This document shows positions 62,873 through 64,000 of a DNA stretch of 64,000 nt, piece by piece; positions within the stretch are counted from its first letter, which is position 1, and the number at the start of each line of letters is the position of its first letter. The notes beneath the pieces are model-generated. The model had not been told where the DNA came from and did not search any database. It saw only the letters and a program-made list of their open reading frames with translations. Both the position numbers and the translations under genes were made by a program. Origin of the DNA: a virus (lineage: Duplodnaviria > Caudoviricetes); the IMG/VR virus record IMGVR_UViG_3300048861_000178, positions 1 through 64,000 of that record, one strand, 5' to 3'.

Positions 62873-63712
62873 GTGTCTTACCTTGAATTGTTAATGCAGG
62901 ACTTTACACCCTTGGTGACTCAGGCCAAGAGTCAGTTGCGTGCGACCGATCTGTACTGGCGCATTGCGTTTATTCTCTACGTGGTCAGTAGCCTGCAATT
63001 TACCAAACGCCAGGTCCGACGTTTGGTGCGTGCCCTGCCGATGCCTGTCCCGCCCAACCCCGAGGATCAGTTCATCAGTGTCACGGCCGAGGAGCTGCGT
63101 TGCTATCGGGATCGCTCCGGCAACTACGATGTGCCACGGGAGTTTCCGCCCACGCTGGAAAAGTACACGACCAAGCCGACCCCGGCAGATTTCGCGCAAT
63201 GGATTCTTGAACTCGGTCACATGGACGAGGCCGCGTTGCTGGATACCAAACGCGCTATAACGGCGTCTGCGGCCTTCCATGACGTACGCATACCCAAGGT
63301 CCTCCGTATGGTGGACAGCCGCACCAAGGCCCTCTGGGTGCGTCTGGGATTCGATATGGCACTGCGGGCTGTGGATGAACACCAAGTCCGTCAGGAAGTG
63401 ACTAACTTACTAGGTAAACGGGAGTGTCCTGATCTGGATGCGCGTACCTATGCGTACCTGATGCCCAGTGTCGGCGCCTTGATTCTCGCGGCAGCCCAAG
63501 CCGATGAATTTCCCTGTCTGTCGGTCTTCTCGAGAAATCTTACCGGCTACCGTGATGTACTGAAGGGTGTCACGTTGCTCAATACCAATGTGATCCAGTC
63601 CCTCGCGACCGCTTACGCTGTGATGTCTGACATCAAGATCCCGGCCTCGTATGTCCGTTGCGATCATCTGACGCTGCAGCTCCTGGAGACCCCAGAACCT
63701 GCGGTGGTTTAA
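62873..63712 (+). CDS. hypothetical protein
   Basis: About 280-aa ORF; start uncertain (62861, 62873 or 62894). Confidence 0.7.
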   Translation: MSYLELLMQDFTPLVTQAKSQLRATDLYWRIAFILYVVSSLQFTKRQVRRLVRALPMPVPPNPEDQFISVTAEELRCYRDRSGNYDVPREFPPTLEKYTTKPTPADFAQWILELGHMDEAALLDTKRAITASAAFHDVRIPKVLRMVDSRTKALWVRLGFDMALRAVDEHQVRQEVTNLLGKRECPDLDARTYAYLMPSVGALILAAAQADEFPCLSVFSRNLTGYRDVLKGVTLLNTNVIQSLATAYAVMSDIKIPASYVRCDHLTLQLLETPEPAVV

Positions 63713-63784
63713 CCCGTTTCATGGAGGCGCTTCTAGCACAGGAGTTGGGGTGTCTCCCTTTTTATTCTTTTGGTGAAAAAAGCA

Positions 63785-64000
63785 ATGAGTAATACTCGGG
63801 GTATTTGGATCGCGTTTGAAGGACCGGATGGCGCAGGTAAGACCACGTCGTTAAACGCCACGTACGAGCGTTTGAAGAAACAGGGCTACAAAGTCCTGAA
63901 GACACGGGAGCCTGGTGGCACACCCGTGAGCGAAGAGATTCGCGAGATCATCCTGCAGAAGTACTGTGTGCCGCGTTGCGAAATGTTGTTGTTTGCAGCG
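63785..64000 (+). CDS. tmk: thymidylate kinase (5' part, truncated by the window end)
   Basis: Translated manually: IAFEGPDGAGKTT...TREPGGTPVSEEIR...EMLLFAA. Confidence 0.92.
   Translation, partial: MSNTRGIWIAFEGPDGAGKTTSLNATYERLKKQGYKVLKTREPGGTPVSEEIREIILQKYCVPRCEMLLFAA

Overview
This window is a segment of a phiKZ-like jumbo myophage genome (Chimalliviridae-type). It is GC-rich, which by eye suits a betaproteobacterial host such as Burkholderia or Ralstonia (inference only). Core gene order follows the phiKZ gp76-gp101 block: gp76/77/78/79-like genes, the virion RNA polymerase beta-prime subunit (gp80-like), the exonuclease/motif-A half of the split family-B DNA polymerase (gp82-like), head proteins with S/A/G-x-E protease sites, and gp87-gp101-like baseplate and inner-head genes. 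The phiKZ gene numbers come from remembered synteny and motifs, not from a search. An 18-gene array of modular tail-fibre/lectin paralogs follows (39.8-58.4 kb), then an early-gene cluster and the start of thymidylate kinase. Accessory genes include tandem DarG-like macrodomains, a modular muramidase endolysin, an AAA ATPase, a GIY-YIG homing endonuclease, a nuclease-less NUMOD protein, a PQ-loop-like membrane protein and a DUF6527-like protein. Best leads: (1) a candidate branched receptor-binding system, in which one fibre carries eight 17-aa N-terminal repeats directly downstream of five anchor-less lectin-like paralogs; (2) an early protein with an N-terminal amphipathic helix and an FtsZ C-terminal-peptide-like motif; (3) a T7 slippery site predicting a -1 frameshift that fuses the gp77- and gp76-like ORFs, in the style of G/GT tail chaperones; (4) a family of CATA...TATG-closed intergenic hairpins. 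No tRNA, rRNA, CRISPR array or reverse transcriptase was supported.
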